The notes below the pieces were generated by a model. The model saw only the letters and a list, made by a program, of their open reading frames with translations, made no database searches and was not told the origin of the DNA. A stretch of DNA of 63,769 nucleotides, counting the filler, from Reclinomonas americana ATCC 50394 (taxonomy: Eukaryota): NCBI GenBank assembly GCA_048213135.1. It is 4 parts of 2 records of this genome, joined end to end, with 100 filler letters (N's around TTAATTAATTAA, not from the genome) between each part and the next. Parts side by side here need not be neighbours in the genome. Positions count along the whole stretch, not along the records: positions 37,176 to 60,368 come from PS015122.1; positions 60,469 to 63,769 come from PS015123.1; 2 more parts are not named here. One strand, 5' to 3'. Below are positions 60,136 through 63,769 of the stretch, in pieces; within the stretch, counting starts at the first letter, position 1; every line of letters begins with the position of its first letter. The position numbers and the translations under genes are program-made.

Positions 60136-61225
60136 TCAGCAGAATAGCCAGGGATCGACTGAGCGTCGGTACACCACAACCTCGGCCTCCTCGATGATGA
60201 AACACCGCAGCACCATCTCCGCCAGGCAGCGCGAATCCAGTTCCTCCACTGCGCCTTCCTGCATCTCCTGCACAGCCTGCATGGCCGCGCGCGCGCTGTC
60301 GAGCTCCTGCCGGGCGAGGGCATACGGCGTCGACCACACGCGGATCGTGTCGTCACGACCTCCGCTGANNNNNNNNNNNNNNNNNNNNNNNNNNNNNNNN
60401 NNNNNNNNNNNNTTAATTAATTAANNNNNNNNNNNNNNNNNNNNNNNNNNNNNNNNNNNNNNNNNNNNTCAGGGGTGACAGCGACAGACAACACCTTATC
60501 GGCGTGTCCTTCCAGCCGTCGCACCTCCTCCCCACTCGCCAGAGACCACACTCGTATTGTGCAGTCCCAGCTCCCACTGATAATGTGCTGACCATCGAAA
60601 GCGACGGCGACAGACATTGCCGAATTGGAGTGTCCCTTCAATCGTCGAACCTCCTCCCCACTCACCAACGACCACACACGCACGGTACAGTCTCCACCTC
60701 CACTCACGACATGCTGGCCATCAGGGGTGATGGCGACAGACCACACCCTTCCAGAGTGTCCCTCCAGTCGTCGCACTTCTTCTCCGCTCGCCAGAGACCA
60801 CACGCGAATGATTCCGTCCACACATCCACCAACAATGTGGTTGCCNNNNNNNNNNNNNNNNNNNNNNNNNNNNNNNNNNNNNNNNNNNNNNNNNNNNNNN
60901 NNNNNNNNNNNNNNNNNNNNNNNNNNNNNNNNNNNNNNNNNNNNNNNNNNNNNNNNNNNNNNNNNNNNNNNNNNNNNNNNNNNNNNNNNNNNNNNNNNNN
61001 NNNNNNNNNNNNNNNNNNNNNNNNNNNNNNNNNNNNNNNNNNNNNNNNNNNNNNNNNNNNNNNNNNNNNNNNNNNNNNNNNNNNNNNNNNNNNNNNNNNN
61101 NNNNNNNNNNNNNNNNNNNNNNNNNNNNNNNNNNNNNNNNNNNNNNNNNNNNNNNNNNNNNNNNNNNNNNNNNNNNNATCGGGAGTAACGGTGACGGACC
61201 TCACCACATCGAGACTCTGAATGAT
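60136..61225 (-). CDS. WD40 protein with highly similar repeats and C-terminal VLRCF module (gapped; start unresolved)
   Basis: Repeated VRVWSLASGEEVRRLEGH..V.SVA.TPDGQH.VSG; tail STPYALARQELDSARAAMQAV..LAEMVLRCFIIEEAE. Confidence 0.8.
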
Positions 61226-62271
61226 CTGTGCCGATCATTCGCGGTGAGACGCACACGCAGCAGCGACATTCGAAGACACGCACACACAAGCACACACACA
61301 CACGAATGCACGCACAGACACCAACCACGCAAAAGTGCGCACACATTCACACCTTTGTTGTCATTCTCCGTGTGTGTGTGAGAGAGAGAGAGTGCGTGAG
61401 AGAGAGAGAGTGCGTGCGTGCGTGCGTGTGTGTGCGTGTGTGTGTGTGTGTGTGAGAAGCACTCTGATTCATCGGACGGAGCATCAACATCAACTCTCGC
61501 GCGTGCGCGTGCGCCTCGTGGTGCCGTCTGTGTCTCAGTGCCCCCTGTCTCTCTGCGTCCTCGTCGCGGTGCTCCATTCTCAACCTGCAATGCGAGTGAG
61601 ATGCTGCGGCATTGAATGTGCATGTGTGCATGCCGAGCCAGTTCCAACTCGACACGCCATGAGCATCAACTTCCTCCGAGCCACGCGTGTGAGTCGGGTG
61701 GAGAGGCAACACCACACGATTCAGAAAGAGAGCGAAGAGGCAGAGAAACTCGCGAGTGGGGTGCGTCACACCAGTTGTCAAGGCACACACGCACGCGTGG
61801 GAAACGAGTGCGCAGGGCAAGTGCACTCCCTCCCTCCCCGTGGCGTGGGGTGATCATGAGAAGGGTGGCCGTCTGAATCGATGCCTGACGCGCTCTCCGT
61901 GTTCACGCGGTGCCAGTGTGGAGGGGGGAGGCGGGCGAAGATGCCACTTCAAAAAGCTGCAGGCTGGCATCTCCGCTGCGTTCGAATGACAGGGCGAGAT
62001 GAGGGGTGGGTGGGTGAGAGAGCGACGACTCGCCCAACGCCGAGCAGAACGCGTGTCTTTTCATTCCATGGTCTCATCTCAATCGCCCGCACTCATCCAC
62101 ACACACCTCGCACCCGCATTCTCTTCTTGCAATCCCACTGCACTGTGCTATCTGCTTTCCAGCTGCCTCCACGTGGCAAGGCAGTGGAGAAGCACGTGTG
62201 AGGCGGTGTGGCTGTCAACATGACAGAGTTACGCGCAATGACAGCCATCGGTCTTCTTACATTCATTCAGC

Positions 62272-62758
62272 TCACTCCGACCAGCACCATCCTGGCGCAC
62301 GATGGTCAATCATCTCTGCATCCTCCAACACAAAGCACCGCAGCACGACATCGATCAGGATCCAGTCACAATCGCTATCGTCATCCCCGCCGGCAAGCAG
62401 CTCGTTGACGGCCAGCACGGCCAGTCGTGCGGCCGCAATCTCTTGCCGCGCCAGCCCACTCGGCGAAGACCACACTCGGATCGTTTTATCCTGACTGCCA
62501 CTCACGATGTGCTGGCCATCGGCAGAGATTGCAACAGACATAATGGCACCAGTGTGCCCTTCCAGCCGTCGCACTTGTTGCCCACTCACCAACGACCACA
62601 CCCGCACCGTGTTGTCCACTCCACCACTCAAAACGTGCTGGCCGTCGGGAGTGATGGCAACAGACAGCACTGCACCGTTGTACCCTTCCAACCTCTGTAC
62701 ATGTGCTACCTCTCCACTCGCCAGCGACCACATTCGTACCGTATGGTCATCGCCCCCG
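62272..62758 (-). CDS. WD40 protein with C-terminal VLRCF module (5' part in gap)
   Basis: VRVWSLVSGQQVRRLEGHTGAIMSVAISADGQHIVSGSQDKTIRVW, then SSPSGLARQEIAAARLAVLAV..LIDVVLRCFVLEDAE. Confidence 0.85.
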
Positions 62759-63069
62759 NNNNNNNNNNNNNNNNNNNNNNNNNNNNNNNNNNNNNNNNNN
62801 NNNNNNNNNNNNNNNNNNNNNNNNNNNNNNNNNNNNNNNNNNNNNNNNNNNNNNNNNNNNNNNNNNNNNNNNNNNNNNNNNNNNNNNNNNNNNNNNNNNN
62901 NNNNNNNNNNNNNNNNNNNNNNNNNNNNNNNNNNNNNNNNNNNNNNNNNNNNNNNNNNNNNNNNNNNNNNNNNNNNNNNNNNNCAGGTGGCTTGCTCTCC
63001 GAAGAGAGAAAGTCAACAGAAGCGAACCTATCAAGAGAGGGCAAGTGGCATTTATCCTTCCTCGTTTCC

Positions 63070-63769
63070 ATGGCAACCAAGGTGCGCTCACATGTGTGTG
63101 AGGGATTCGTGTGTTAGACTGTTGCTCTCTCTATACGCGTGCTTCTCATCGTGTGACACAGGTCTTGCGGGGTCACACAGACGCGGTGCGATGTGTCGCT
63201 GTCACTCCCGACGGTCAGTTTATCGTGAGCTCGGTCACTCCCGACGGTCAGTTTATCGTGAGCTCGGGTCGGGGCTGTGACGGGTCGGTACGTGTGTGGT
63301 CGTTGGCGAGTGGCGAAGAGGTGCGACGGTTGGAAGGACACACAAATGTGATGTCTGTCACTGTCACTCCTGACGGCCAGCGCGTTGTGACTGGCGGTAT
63401 GGATAACACAGTGAGAGTGTGGTCACTGGCGAGTGGAGAGGAAGTGCGACGGTTGAAGGGACACATCGACTGGGTGTTGTCTGTCGCCATTACTCCCGAT
63501 GGCCTGCACGTTGCGAGCGGCAGTGAGGACAAGACAGTGCGGGTGTGGTCACTGGCGAATGGGGCACTTGTGCGACGGTTGATGGGGCACTCTGGCATGG
63601 TGCTCTCTGTCGCCATCACGCCGGACGGTCACCACATTGTCAGTGGCAGCTGGGACAGCACAATTCGGGTGTGGTCTGTCGCGAGCGGAAAGGAAGTACG
63701 GCGGCTGGAAGGGCACGCTGGAAAAGTGTGGTCTGTCGCCGTCTCTCCCGACGGTCAGCACGTTGTGAG
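63070..63769 (+). CDS. WD40 protein with highly similar repeats; runs off the right edge
   Basis: Exon 63070-63081 (MATK), then from 63162 VLRGHTDAVRCVAVTPDGQ.. followed by about five 42-aa repeats in an open frame to the window end. Confidence 0.88.

Overview
Gene-dense, intron-rich, GC-rich nuclear DNA from a unicellular eukaryote, probably flagellated (UNC119 and a CEP70-like coiled-coil gene are present). It is a draft assembly with N-gaps. Introns are short GT-AG, and intergenic spacers are often under 100 bp. Genes left to right: a bacterial-type alpha-2-macroglobulin (minus strand, runs off the left edge), a head-to-head WD40 pair, URM1, a tandemly duplicated bacterial-like GT2 glycosyltransferase, COMMD8-like, EFM4/METTL10, a ~12 kb Pmp-repeat multi-TM surface protein, the 3' end of an Ariadne RBR E3, UNC119, a secreted beta-propeller, a reticulon, two coiled-coil genes, a small EF-hand protein and three more WD40 genes. 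Standout: the macroglobulin has no evident signal peptide and, after manual splicing, carries a near-canonical ubiquitin domain (47/63 visible residues identical by my count) where the protease bait region normally sits. It is a candidate cytosolic trap for deubiquitinases. Second: four WD40 proteins share a C-terminal 'A[RQ]xE...VLRCFxxE[DE]A' module I do not recognise. All gene models were spliced by eye, without database searches.
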